From: the human T2T-CHM13v2.0 reference genome, Homo sapiens
DNA length: 64,000 nucleotides
Direction: 5' to 3' (one strand)
Assembly (NCBI RefSeq): GCF_009914755.1
Contig: NC_060935.1
The notes below the pieces were generated by a model. The model searched no databases. It saw only the letters and a list, made by a program, of their open reading frames with translations, and was not told the DNA's origin. Shown one piece after another: positions 43,660 through 62,200 of the stretch. The position numbers and the translations under genes were made by a program. The first letter of the stretch is position 1, and each line of letters opens with the position of its first letter.

Positions 43660-44149
43660 TAGCCAGGATGGTCTTGATTTCCTGACCTCGTGATCCACCA
43701 GCCTCGGCCTCCCAAAGTGCTGGGATTACAGGCGTGAACCACCGCGCCGGGCCTTGCAATCTCTCAATTACTCCTCACACAACCCAGATTCCAGAGCCCG
43801 TGCCCCAACCCCTGCCCTGCAGGTGGTGGTGGGATCCCTAATTCCAGAATCCCCAGAGCCAAAAATCCAAATGATGGTGATGAGCAAAGTCCACCTACCC
43901 CCAAACACACACTCACACACACAAACTAGAAAGCCACCGTGCCCTTCATTTTCAGCCACGAAGGAGGGGATCTGATTGTAAAAATTCCGGAGCAGGTTGG
44001 GGGACTGGCAACTCCAAAAGAGATTCCTTGCCTCCGGTGGGGCCTTGATGGGGGCTGCCCAGCTCCCTCTCCTCCCCCACTCCCTCCCTGCTGAGGCATC
44101 ACATTCTCCTTCACCAGGTCATCCTAAAGCACATACCTTTGCGCTGGTG

Positions 44150-46098
<1,949 letters not shown>

Positions 46099-46173
46099 TC
46101 AAGTGAATGGATTCCCAGCTAATCACAAGAGTCTAGTTAACTCTGAAAATACCTGCAGTTATATGCCCATAGC

Positions 46174-46905
46174 TGTAACTGCCCGGTGGGTTCACCTTGC
46201 TCGCTGCCTGGACGGAGCCAATTTATCAAGACAGGGGAATTGCAGTGGAGAAGGAGTAATTCACACAGAGCTGGTGTGTGGGAGACTGGGTTTTATTATT
46301 ACTCCAAACAGTCTCCCTGAGCATTCGGGGATCGGAGTTTTTAAAGATAATTTGGCGGGTAAGGGCTTGGGAAGCAGGGAGTGCTGATTGGTCAGGCTGG
46401 AGATGGAATCCTAGGGGGTGGAAGTGTGGTTTTCTTGCTGTCTTCTGTTCCTGGGGAGGATGGCAGAAATGGTTGAGCCAGATTACCAGTCTGGGTTGTG
46501 TCAGCTGATCCATCGAATGCAGGGTCTGCAAACTATCTCAAGCACTGATCTTAGGTTTTACAATAGTGATGTTATCTGCAGGAGCAATCTGGGGAGGCTC
46601 AGACTCTTGGAGCCAGAGGCTGCATGACCGCTAAACTAAATTTCTAATCTTGTAGCTAATTTGTTAGTCTTGCAAAGGCAGACTGGTCCACAGGCAAGAA
46701 TGGGGTTTTTTTTAGGGAAATGGCTATTATCAATTTTGTTTCAGAGTCAAAACATGAACTGAATTCCTTCCCAAAGTTAGTTCAGGCCTATGCCCAGGAA
46801 TGAACAAGGACAGCTTAAAGGTTAGAAGGAAGATGGAGTCGGTTAGGTCTGATCTCTTTCACTGTCATAATTTCCTCAGTTGTAATTTTTGCAAAGGCGG
46901 TTTCA
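46174..46905 (-). mobile_element. Solo LTR8-family LTR (LTR8A-like, ERV1)
   Basis: Reverse complement begins TGAAACCGCCTTTGCAAAAATTACAACTGAGGAAATTATGACAGTGAAAGA; TG...CA termini; 732 bp; near-TSD TAGC/CAGC. Confidence 0.85.
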
Positions 46906-47489
46906 CAGCCACCCTGTGTGTGTAACCACGAGGCAGATACCTACAGAGCTTCCTTTAGAGTTCCCTCTTAGGGCTGGGTGCAGTGGCTCAAGCCACTGTG
47001 GGAGGCTGAGGCAGGCGGATCACCTGAGGTCAGGAGTTCGAGACCAGCCTGGCCAACATGGCAAAACCCCATCTCTACTAGTAATACAAAAATTACCCGG
47101 GCATGATGGCGCATGCCTGTAGTCCCCGCTACAGCTGAGGCAAGAGAATCACTTGAACCCAGGAGGCAGAAGTTGCAGTGGCAGAGGTTGCAGAGGCGGA
47201 AGTTGTAGTGAGCCGAGGTTGCAGTAAGCCGAGATCACACCACTGCACTCCAGCCTGGGTGACAGAATGAGACTCCATCTCAAAAATAAAAATGAAAAAG
47301 AATTCCCTGTTAGGCCCCTGTCACAAAAGTAGGTACTAATCAGCCCTGGGACAGGATAGAGACTTGATCAGAGGCTCCCTGGGAGCTGTGGAAGGAGGAG
47401 CAGGCCTTGGGGCATCAGGAGAGGAGAAAGGGTTGCTGGGCTGGGGGATCTCCTGACCTCCTGACCTTAGGCGTCCAGTCGGTCTCTGA

Positions 47490-47768
<279 letters not shown>

Positions 47769-47907
47769 TGATCTGCCAGCCTCTGCCTCCCAAAGTGTTG
47801 GGATTACAGGCGTGAGCCACCGTGCCCAGCCCTTATCCCCTTCTCTTGACCCTATTGCCAATTCCAAGCCTTCACCATCTGTGACCTGGATCATTGCAAA
47901 CAGCCTC

Positions 47908-48410
47908 TACATTAGTTTCTATGGCTGCTGTAACAACTTACCACAGACTTAATAACTTAAAAACACACAAATTTATGATCTTCTCGTTCTGGAGGCCAGA
48001 TGTCTGAAATGCATTTCACTGGGCTAAAAACCAAGGTGTTGGCAGGCTGCATTCTTTCTGGAGTCTCCAGGGGAGAATCTGTCTCCTTGTTTTTTCCATT
48101 TTCTAAAGGCCACCCGCATTACTTGGCTCATGGCCCCTTCCCCATCTTCAAAGTCAGCAGGGCAGCCTCTGCAATTCTCTCTCCGACACTGATCTCCTCT
48201 TCTGCCTCCCACTTCCATTCATAAGGATCTCTGTGATTACACTGGGCCCATCAGATACTCCAAAACAACCTCCCCTCTCACGGTCAGCTGATGAGAAACC
48301 TTCATCCATGTGCAACCCTAATTCTCTCTTGCCAGGTAACCTAACACATGCACAGGGTCTGGGGATTAGGACGTGGAGATCCTTGAGGGGCCGTTAATCT
48401 GCCTCCTAAA
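47908..48410 (-). mobile_element. MLT1 (MLT1D-like) MaLR LTR
   Basis: ATTAGTTTCTATGGCTGCTGTAACAA...TTCTGGAGGCCAGA...GGGGATTAGGACGTGGA. Confidence 0.8.
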
Positions 48411-49823
48411 TAGTCTCTAAGATTTTAGTCTTACTTCCTTCCCATGATTGCCAAAAATCAAACAGGAAGTTCATGCTTTTGCTTAAAATCCTTCCCTCTT
48501 CCTGGTCCCCTGTTGGATAAAGTCCAAACCCCTCACCCATCATCAAAGGCTCCTGGAGATGGTGGCCCTGCTTCCCACTGTGGCCTCAAATCCTGCTGCT
48601 TCCCACCTACCCTTCACTTTGAGGGTGCAGCAGTGGATGATGCTCGGAAATAAAACTGCCCTCTGAGTAAGGCTTGTCGATTCATGTCGAGGCACAGACG
48701 TTCACATTTGAAACAGGCAACAAATCCATGCCATTCACACTTCCACACTTTTGCAGAAACAGTTCCCGCTAACTGAAATGCTTTCCCTTCCCAAAGTCCC
48801 TGGAAGAACCAAACTCCATCCTTCATGACTCACTTGGGACATGCTTATACTAAAAATTGTTTCATTATTTATCTAAAATGCACACTTAACGGGCATACTG
48901 TATTTCATTTGCTAAGTCTGGCCCCCTTCAGATTCTTTCACGACTTAGTCTGTGGGCTCTTTCTCCCTGTTCTCCCTACCCAGCACTTTGTGCCCTGAGG
49001 TTCAGGGGCTCTTTCTGCTGCTGAGCTTCCACGCCCCTAATCTGGGGCATGTATTTACAGTGGGATAAATCATGTATTTATCTTACTATAGCATGTTTGC
49101 TTCTAACTGTTGCCTTCTCTAGAATGTGAGTCCTATGAAGGCATGATTCACATTTTAGTTATCTTGCCACTCATTGTAGAAAAATTAGAAAACCCAAGAA
49201 AGCAAAAGGAAAATAAATCATTCGAATGTACATCTGCGTCAAGTACTTGATCAGAGCAGCAGGATTCTACTTTTGACCCTCTAGTGGAAAAATTGAAACC
49301 AAGGTGGAAGCCAAGACAGTAAATTAAGTATATTACAGGACTCGAGACCTTTTTTTTTTTTTTTTTGAGACGGAGTCTCACTTTGTTGCCATGCTGGAGT
49401 GCAGAGGTGCCATCCTGGCTCACTGCAATCTCCACCTCCCGGTTCAAGTGATTCTCCTGCCTCAGCCTCCCAAGTAGCAGGGACTACAGGCGCATGCATG
49501 CCACCATGCCCAGCTAATTTTTGTATTTTTAGTAGAGACAGGGTTTCACCATATTGGCCAGGATGGTCTCGATCTCTTGACCTCATGATCTGCCCGCCTT
49601 GGCCTCCCAACCTTTTTATTCCATCTCTCTGCTTCCAGGAGGACCATATCAATAACCAAGTGGCCCCTGAGACATGACCCTAAACCCCCAAAAAGACCTC
49701 CCATTACTCTGTGGCTGACCCATTTGAGGAATTCATATGTTCTGTGGGCAGGAAGTTCTAACCAAAATGCAAAAAAAGTTTGAAGTTCATCGTATTCCGT
49801 TGTTCCCTGCTTTTCTGTTTCTA

Positions 49824-50205
<382 letters not shown>

Positions 50206-50312
50206 TCATTTCATGCTTGATAAATTTCAAGACCTGATTATTTTGCAATATCAATGTTGATAAAAGTTAAATATTAACCAGATAATCGAAAGTTATCCTT
50301 TAACGTCTGCTA

Positions 50313-50567
<255 letters not shown>

Positions 50568-50989
50568 TTAGCCAGGCGTGGTGGCAGGCCTGTAATCCCA
50601 GCTACTGAGGCCGAGGCACGAGAATCACTTGAACTCAGGAGGTGGAGGTTATAGTGAACTGAGATCATACTACTGCACTCTCCAGACTGGGTGACAGAGT
50701 GAGACACTGTCTCAAAAAAAAAAAGATTACATTTCTCCTTTTTTAGATAAATAAAGAGGAAAGAGAAAGGGGAGGGGGAGCAAGGGGTGTAAGAGGGAGA
50801 AAGAAAAGAGAGAAAGGAGAGAACGCGCGGGGGTTCTCGGTCATGTGGAGGCAGCAGTCATGTGCTGACTCTGAAAACTGAAAAAAAAAAAAAAATAGTG
50901 ACAGCAAGCTGCTGCCTGTGGCCAACTCTCCCAGGGATTCTCACAACGCCAGGGAAGGGAACAGAGAAAACCACAAAGGTTGACACAAG

Positions 50990-51333
50990 AACAGATGCTT
51001 GATAAATGTTTATTGGATAAACGAGCGAAGGATAATCACCTGAGCACCATAGTTGCCAAAGCCCCCTCTAGTCCCAAACCTAAGCCCACACTCTGTCCCC
51101 TTGCAAGTAAAGAAATGCACCAAGCAGGGCTTATGCAGCAGCCCTCGGTCTGGCCTGGCTGGAGCTATAAACATGCATGCTCCGAAAAGCCGCCTCGCGG
51201 AAGGTATTCCTTTAACTGCAGGTGTTTGTTGCCCTTGGCACAGCAATATGTAATTTCCCATTTTTAGAACAATGCTCCAAAGAACGGTCACAAAAACAAC
51301 CTTAAGAGGGGGTGGTTTTCTTCCTGGCCGCTT
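50990..51333 (-). other. AHNAK: AHNAK short-isoform terminal exon, 3' UTR
   Basis: Follows the TAG; AATAAA on the minus strand at 51014-51009. Confidence 0.8.
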
Positions 51334-51341
51334 CTACAGTC
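51334..51341 (-). CDS. AHNAK: Last 8 coding nt of the short (~149 aa) AHNAK isoform
   Basis: Minus strand reads CTTTGTTGTTGTTTTACAG|GA CTG TAG, completing the recalled C-terminus ...TPNAGL-stop of the small AHNAK isoform. Confidence 0.82.
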
Positions 51342-54201
51342 CTGTAAAACAACAACAAAGAGATTTATATTCAACACACTATTTGCATCTCTCCATAAAA
51401 TCAGAAGATGGTTCGTTAACTTTGCACCAACTGAAAGAAGGTCCCCCCACTCCTTGCTAGGGCATCCAAACAAATGCTTGCCTCTGGAAGGGATAGATTT
51501 GGAAAGGATCCTGCTGTTGGGTCTCTTTTGGTCTTGCCACGCCTCCCTCTGTGTGGTTTCTGTGCGGCAAGGGTGGAAAGGAAGCTTGCATAAAGCCCGA
51601 GTCTGTCCTTTTGGTGCCCCCCATACAAGCCCGAGACCAGAAGAGGACAGTGTGTTCCCAAGAACATTCAAATAACAGAGGAAGGTAGGAACCGTGAAAA
51701 CAGCTGCCACCTCCAGCCTCAGCCATTAAGAAATCCCTTTCATTATCATCTCCAAACTGACTTTCTCTCTTCCCTTTCCTCTTCATGAACCCTTTCTGCT
51801 TCATGAACCCAAGCAACTGGCTTTGAGACTTCATGGCCCTTCACCTTCCCTCCCTGTCGTCTCCCAGAGCCTAACTACTACATCTTCTGTCCCAGCCCAG
51901 TGCCTCCTCCCCGAGTCACACCCAACTCATCCCCATCGGACTCCCATGAATGCGCAGGTTGTCCTCTCATGGGCCTCCTGGCCTGGTCTCTCTCACCTCC
52001 CACGTGGGCCTGCATGCCCCAGGCTTCATCTTACACCTCCTGCGCTCAAGAAAGTTCAGCAACTCCTTTTCCAACAGAAACAAATCCAGCTTTCGGGCCA
52101 GGCGCAGTGGCTCACGCCTGTAATCCCAGCACTTTGGGAGGCCGAGGCAGGCGGACCTCCTAAGGTCAGGAGTTCAAGACCAGGCTGACCAACATGGTGA
52201 AACCCTGCCTCTACTAAAAAGAAATACAAAAATTAGCCGGGTGTGGTGGCACACACTGTAATCCCAGCTACTCAGGAAACTAAGGCAGAAGAATCACTTG
52301 AATCCGGGAGGCAGAGGTTGCACAGTGATCCAAGATCCTGTCACTGCACTTCAGCCTGGACAACATGGCAAGACCCTGTCTCAAAAAAAAAAAAAAAAAA
52401 AAAAAGCCAGCTTTCTTAATGGGACCTCATCTGGAACCAGGCCTCCTTTCCTACTTTATCTTCTACTAGTCCCTACACAAGTTTCAAGCACCAACCAAAA
52501 TCACCTGCTCACCCTTCCCAAACTTTACCTTGGCTCCTAAAAACTACCTCCTGCCCTCCCCCTAATTGAGAATGACCTTCCTGGTCTTCTCTCTGTGACT
52601 AAATCCTACCCATTTTTGAAGACTCAGCCAAATAATACCACCATCTGACCACTCTAGTTCAAAATGCCCCCCTTTCCTTGCTGAAGTCCTGCAATTCTGC
52701 CCCATTTATTCACTATATGTTACACTTTGTGAAGAAACCATTCACATAACTTCTTTCTTCCAAATGTGTGTTGAATTATTTAGAGGGCAAAGGTGCTAAG
52801 CCTCTTTAAGAGGCTTGGAAGGAATTAGGCACCAGGAAAGTGAAAGCTTTATTTATTTATTTATCTTTTTTTTTTCTTTTTGAGACGGAGTCTCGCTGTC
52901 GCCCAGGCTGGAATGCAGTGGCGCGATCTTGGCTCACTGCAGGCTCCGCCCCCCGGGGTTCCCGCCATTCTCCTGCCTCAGCCTCCCGAGTAGCTGGGAC
53001 TACAGGCGCCCGTCACCTCGCCCGGCTAATTTTTTTGTATTTTTAGTACAGACGGGGTTTCACCGTGTTAGACAGGATGGTCTCGATCTCCTGACCTCGT
53101 GATCCGCCCACCTCGGCCTCCCAAAGTGCTGGGATTACAGGCTTGAGCCACCGCACCCGGCCTATTTATTTATCTTTTTAAGAGATGGGGTCTTACTATA
53201 TTGCTCAGGCTGGCCTTGAACTCCTGGACTCAAGCAATCCTCCTGCCTTGACCTCCCAAAGTGCTGGGATTGCAGGCTGGCCGCACCCAGCCAGTTTTGA
53301 CATTTCTACACTACCTTTTATTGCACACTTGCTATGAACCTGTCGCTGAGCTGAGCACTTCTTACATATGACCGCATTTAACTCTCACAGTGAGACTAGA
53401 AGGGAAGTACCACTGTCACTTTTCACAGACCAGGAAACAAAGGCTTTGAGAAGTTAAATAACTACCCAAGAGCCTCACTGTTTAAAAGGAGCAGAGCTGG
53501 AGTTCAAGCCTGGCTCACAGTATTGACAGCTCTAGCCCATCCCCTTTCATTCTCAGCGAATTCACAACACAGAACAGTTAGGATGAACAGGGTGGGGAGG
53601 AAGTTGCAGGCTCTTTTCCTGATTGGAACAAATTCATGGAAAGGGTTCATAAAGGGGCTGGGCTTCCCAATTCATGTTTTTGTTTTGAAGAAGGTGGGGG
53701 AACTTGGGGTTCACACAATGAAGTTCTCTTTAAAGAATGGTGTCTGCAACATCTGATGCTCCGGGGGAGTAGCAGGCAACACAGAGAGCTTTGATGCTGT
53801 ACCAAGATTCACTCTCAACATCCCAAGCCAAGTGGCAACAGTGCAGAATATGGTATTCAAGTCTAACTCCCACACTTACCAGCTGTGATACTCAGACAAG
53901 CTATTGTCCCTCTCTAAGCCTCAGTTTCCTCCTCTCTAACAAGAAAAGAATATCATTTTGACAGGTGGTTTGGATAGATTAAGGCAAATAATCTCTATAA
54001 AGCAACCAGGCACATATTGGGTGCTCCATAAATTATTATTGTTATTACTTCTCTTGGACATGAAAATCTGCATTTCTCTTCATTAAAAAAAAAAAAAAAA
54101 AAGTATAGGCCGGGCGCAGTGGCTCACGCCTGTAATCCCAGCACTTTGGGAGGCCAAGGTGGGTGGATCACGAGGTCAGGAGATCGAGACCATCCTGGCT
54201 A

Positions 54202-54480
<279 letters not shown>

Positions 54481-54826
54481 CTATAACCACCACTCCAGGC
54501 CACATAAGGAATATTTCCAGCACCCCAAAACGTTCCCTCATGCACCCTCCCAATCCATATCCCCACCAGACAGAATCATGATTTGACTCATCATAGATCA
54601 GCTTTGCCTCTTTTTGAACTATATATTAATGGAATCAGAGCATATAATCTTTTCATCATTGCATAGTACTCTTATATGAATAGATCACCAATTTATTTCT
54701 CCAATCTTCTGTTGATGGGAATTTGGGGTGTTTCAGGTTTGGAGAAACTTCTTTGAACATTCTTGTACATACATTATTGTCAGCATAGGCACTCAAACCC
54801 CTCAGCTTTGTTTTGTTTTGTTTTGA

Positions 54827-55298
<472 letters not shown>

Positions 55299-55451
55299 TA
55301 GCTATTATGGTGGGTGTGTAGTAGTATCTTTTTGTGGGAGTTTTGTGTGTCTATGTTGTTCTTTTTTTTTCTTTTGCATTCTGTCACCAAGGCCAGAGTG
55401 CAGTGGCATGATCATAGCTCACTGCAGCCTCAAACTCCTAGGCTCAAATGA

Positions 55452-56054
<603 letters not shown>

Positions 56055-56759
56055 TGAGGCTTGCCTTTTCATTTTTTTAATGGTGCCCTTGGATGAAGAG
56101 AGGATTTAATTTTGATAAAGTCCAATTCATCGATTTTTCTTCTGTGGTTAGTGCTGTTTGCATTCTGTTTTAGAAATGTTTGCCCATCCCTAAGGCCAGG
56201 AAGACTTTCTCTGTTCTCTGCTCCTTTTAGTCTTGCTTTATGTGGTATCTTCCTCTGGCGTGGAGACAACTGATTTGTTGTTATTTCAATGAGGAGCAAA
56301 GGTCTCATAGAAAAACTAATCATGACCGGCTCACATGAGAATGCTCATATGATAATGACTTCCTGGGCCTTTGGACTATGCAGCCTGCCATCCTAAGGTT
56401 GCTGTGTAGCATCAACAGGTACCACTGCTGACCTGGCTGCATTGCTGAAATCCCACAGGAGCGGCCCTTAACAGAGGTGGCATCTTCCAAAGTGAACCAG
56501 GAAGGAGAGGGATGGACACCCATCCCTCTCAGTTTCCCTATTTTTTTTTTTTTTTTTTTTTTTTTTTGAGATGGAGTCTCGCTCTGTCACCCAGGCTGGA
56601 GTGCAATGGCGTGATCTCCGCTCACTGCAAGCTCTGACCACCCGGGTTCATGCCATTCTCCTGCCTCAGCCTCCCGAGTAGCTGGGATTACAAGCGCCCG
56701 CCACCACGCCTAGCTAATTTTTTTTGTATTTTTAGTAGACACGGGGTTTCGCTGTTTTA

Positions 56760-56858
<99 letters not shown>

Positions 56859-57053
56859 CTATTTTTCTCATCTGTAAAGTGAATGCTGGTTAGTACTCTA
56901 GGGCTAGCACCTTAAACTCGACCCAGCCCAGCTATGGCCACTTTGCAAACACATCCTTCCTATCCTGGCAACTTTGTCCAATCTCCTTCATAAACCCTTT
57001 TCCTATGCATTTTGTTTATCCCTAAATGTTCCTTTTCATTATCATTTGTCTAA

Positions 57054-57284
<231 letters not shown>

Positions 57285-58285
57285 TGACTAATTCTTGTAT
57301 TTTTAGTGGAGATGAGGTTTTGCCATGTTAGCCAGGCTGGTCTCGATCTCCTGACCTCCAGTGATCCGCCCGCCTCCGCCTCCCACAGTGCTAGGATTGT
57401 AGGCGTGAGCCACTGTGCCCGGCCGCATTTGTCTTTTAAGTCTCTCCTCTCTTCTGTCTTTCCTTCCCTAAAACAGGGTTTCTCCACCTTGGCACTATTC
57501 ACATTTTGGACTGGACAGTTCCTTGCCACGGGGCCATCCTGCGTGTGGCCTGATGCACAGCTATTGCGATTTCTCTCCTTCTTCCCACCTCTCCACTCAC
57601 TGCCAATCAAGGGCCCTGAGGGAAAAGTGAGGGGGTGGCCGGGAGGTAGAATCGTGGCTTTCTCAAGCTCACAGGGGCCTTAGATATGATCTAGTGCAAC
57701 CCCCTCATTTTACGATGAGGAAACGACACTGAGAGGGGGAGGGAGAGGATGTGTCAGAGCCGAAAATGTTAGGGAACAAGTGCCAGGCCAAACAGGAAGT
57801 CAAAATTCCAGGGCTTGAGGCAGAGTTTCCAATCCCACCAAGGAACCTGGGATTGCTTCCCACAGCTCCTTCCTCCCTCCCAGCCACGAGCCCCATTCCA
57901 GAAACAACCCGTGGCTGGCCAGAGGGAACGGCAGACACAGATCCCACAAGCCCCCAGGAGTGCACGCCAGTGTCCATCCCTGGGAGCCCGTTTCTGAGCC
58001 TCTAGTGGACAGAGATGGCCACCGATTGCAGTGGGGATATTTCATGATGACGCCTGTCATGATCACTTCTTAGTTTAACCCTATAATCAGGGGGGAAATG
58101 ATGCTCATGCTGCCTGGCCACACCTGACCAAATGGAGAAGTCAGGGAACAACAGAGATCTGCAGAGAGCCAGAGGGAGCCTGGCAGCGTCCATCCCAGCC
58201 CCGTCTCCACAAAGGCAGATCCCCAGGACAGTTGAGGGCCCTCAGCCAAAATCTCCCAAGTTATAGTGGGGGTTCACATCTGCTA

Positions 58286-58807
<522 letters not shown>

Positions 58808-58875
58808 TGATCCCAGCTACTCAGGAGGCTGAGGCAGGAGGATCACTTGAGCCCAGGAAGTAGAGGCTGCAGTGA

Positions 58876-59253
<378 letters not shown>

Positions 59254-60032
59254 TAGCCTCAAAAATAAATAAATACATAAATAAATAAATCCTCCAGGAG
59301 CTCAGTTCACCCTCACCGAGCCCTCTGAAGCAGCCACTGTCGTCCTCCCCTGTTAGAGATGCTAATATGGGGCCAGCAAGCCCTTGGTCAGGCAGCAGGG
59401 CTGTCACCCCCAGCATCTTTGGTGGGGTCACAAGTCGGCGCAAATCACCCTACTCCTTGACAACATCAAGCTCCCCTGCAACATCTCCATCAGACACACA
59501 TGGAGCTGCCATCATACAAAAAGATTTATACACTGAGACCTTATACAAAGCAATGGGTGGTGTTCAAGATTATATCAAAGGGACAGAATGAGTAGTTTTA
59601 ACAGTTCCGTCTGTACTTATTTCAATGTCTGTCAGCAAAATGCTGGGTTTCATTTACAGTAGTGACATAAATGTTTCTTTTTAATTAAATGATTAAGGTT
59701 TTCAAAATAAATCTCTTTAGGGCCGGGCACAGCAGCTCACACCTGTAATCCCAGCGCTTTGTGGGAGGCTGAAGCGGGCAGATTGCTTGAGCCCAGGAGT
59801 TCAAGACCATCTTGGGCAGCATGGCAAAATCCTATCTCTATGAAAAATACAAAAATTAGCCAGGCATGGTGGTATGTGCCTGTAGTCCCAGCTACTTAGG
59901 AGACTGAGACAGGAGGATCACCTGAGGCCGGGAAGTCAAGGCTGTGGTGAGCCGTGATTGTGCCACTGCACTCCAGCCTGGGTGACAGAGTGAGATCCTA
60001 TCTCAAAAATAAATAATCAATAAATCTATTTA

Positions 60033-60176
<144 letters not shown>

Positions 60177-60348
60177 TTAACCAGGTGTGGTGGCGCACAC
60201 CTGTAGTCCCAGCTACTTGGGAGGCTGAGACAGGAGAATTGCTTGACCCAGGAGGCAGAGGTTGCAGTAAGCCGAGATTGTGCCACTGCACTCCAGCCTG
60301 GGCAAGACAGAGCAAGACTCCATCTCAAAAAAAAAAGGAAAATATTAA

Positions 60349-60597
<249 letters not shown>

Positions 60598-60622
60598 TAA
60601 TTTTTGTATTTTTTAGTAGTGA

Positions 60623-60868
<246 letters not shown>

Positions 60869-61979
60869 TAGCTAGGATTACAGGCATGCACCACCACGCC
60901 TGGCTTATTTTGTATTTTTAGTAGAGATGGGGTTTCTCCATGTTGGTCAGGCTGGTCTCGAACTCCCAACCTCAGGTGATCTGCCTGCCTCGGCCTCCCC
61001 AAGTTCTAGGATTACAGGCTTGAGCCACCGCGCCCGGCTGGGTCTTGCTCATCTTGAAGACAGCTAACCCTGCCAGGGCCTCTTGGGGCTGTGCAGCCCC
61101 TCACTCACCCTCTCACCTGCCACTGCCATAGCATCTTCCTCGATACAGCCCCATAGACTTGAAAGTCATCATCAAATGCCCCTCAGCCTCTCTCAGCCCT
61201 TTATGCATGTGGGTTTCTCATGTTAGGTTCATTCTGCTTCTGGTGATGAAAGAGGAACCTAGAAAGGCTGATAAATTACTGAAATCTACAAATAGAAGGC
61301 CAAGTATGAAGACAGCAAGGAATGAGGAAACCCCACCCCATTCCTTGGACTCAGCCCTGGGCCTCCTGCCCCTGGCCAGCCTTATGAGGCACCAGCAGTA
61401 GAAATGTCACCCCAGGGTCCTCTGCTGAGAGTCCTCTCAGTCATGGTCTGTGAACGGGAGCTGCGAGGGCAGCACTTGAGGCCAACACCGTCCCCCTCCA
61501 ATGCACGATGGACACTCCGGGGAGTGTGGTGGCACAGAGCGGCCTCTTGGCTCCAGATGTGGATCCTACAGAGAGTTCTGAGGTTCAGTGCCCCCTCCAC
61601 CCACCCGGCCTCGTAACAACCCTGGCGATAACACAAAAGGCGTTCTTCTTTGGCAGATAGGGAAATTTTAAAGATAATACTCATAAGTGAGCCTGGGGGG
61701 ACTTGTTCTATGGGCTGGGACTCAAACCAGCCACCAAAACCCACTGTCGGAGGAGCTTCTCAGAGGCCAGAATCAAACACCACCGGCCCTGTGAGTGCCC
61801 GGCCTCTGCCACAGCTGGGTGGGTGCCCAGCCAAGGAAGCTTGTGCCCCATCATTCAGGGCATTGTTCTCCCTTAGAAGAGGATCTCGAAAGCAGAAGGA
61901 AATTAGAAACAACCGCACAATGAATACCAGATTCTGCTTTCTCTCAGCTCTGTCTGCCAGGAGATTAGGCAGGGTTGGC

Positions 61980-62200
61980 TGACAGCGTGCCCCGCCCGGC
62001 AGCTGCTCTCCCTCCAGGATGTCCGCGCCGTGGGGAAGCGGGGGTCCCGCTGGCCTTCTAGCTCTCTATTTATCTCCAAAGTGTCGGGTTTTCTTTCTCC
62101 TGCTAGATGCGGATTCCTTGAGGGCAGAGTCACATCTGACGCCCCTTTCCCATGGGGCACAGCACGCATGCGCGATGGGCACTCCGGGTGCGTCAGCTGA
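61980..62200. promoter_or_regulatory. CpG-enriched non-Alu patch with an NRF1-like motif; candidate enhancer or promoter
   Basis: Retained CpGs, GC box CCCCGCCC near 61990, ACGCATGCGC at 62164-62173. Confidence 0.4.

Noticed and set aside
58044-58127. C/D-box snoRNA-like arrangement (ATGATGA ... CTGA)
   Set aside because: Weak terminal stem, on the strand opposite the host (AHNAK) intron, and no recognisable rRNA guide.
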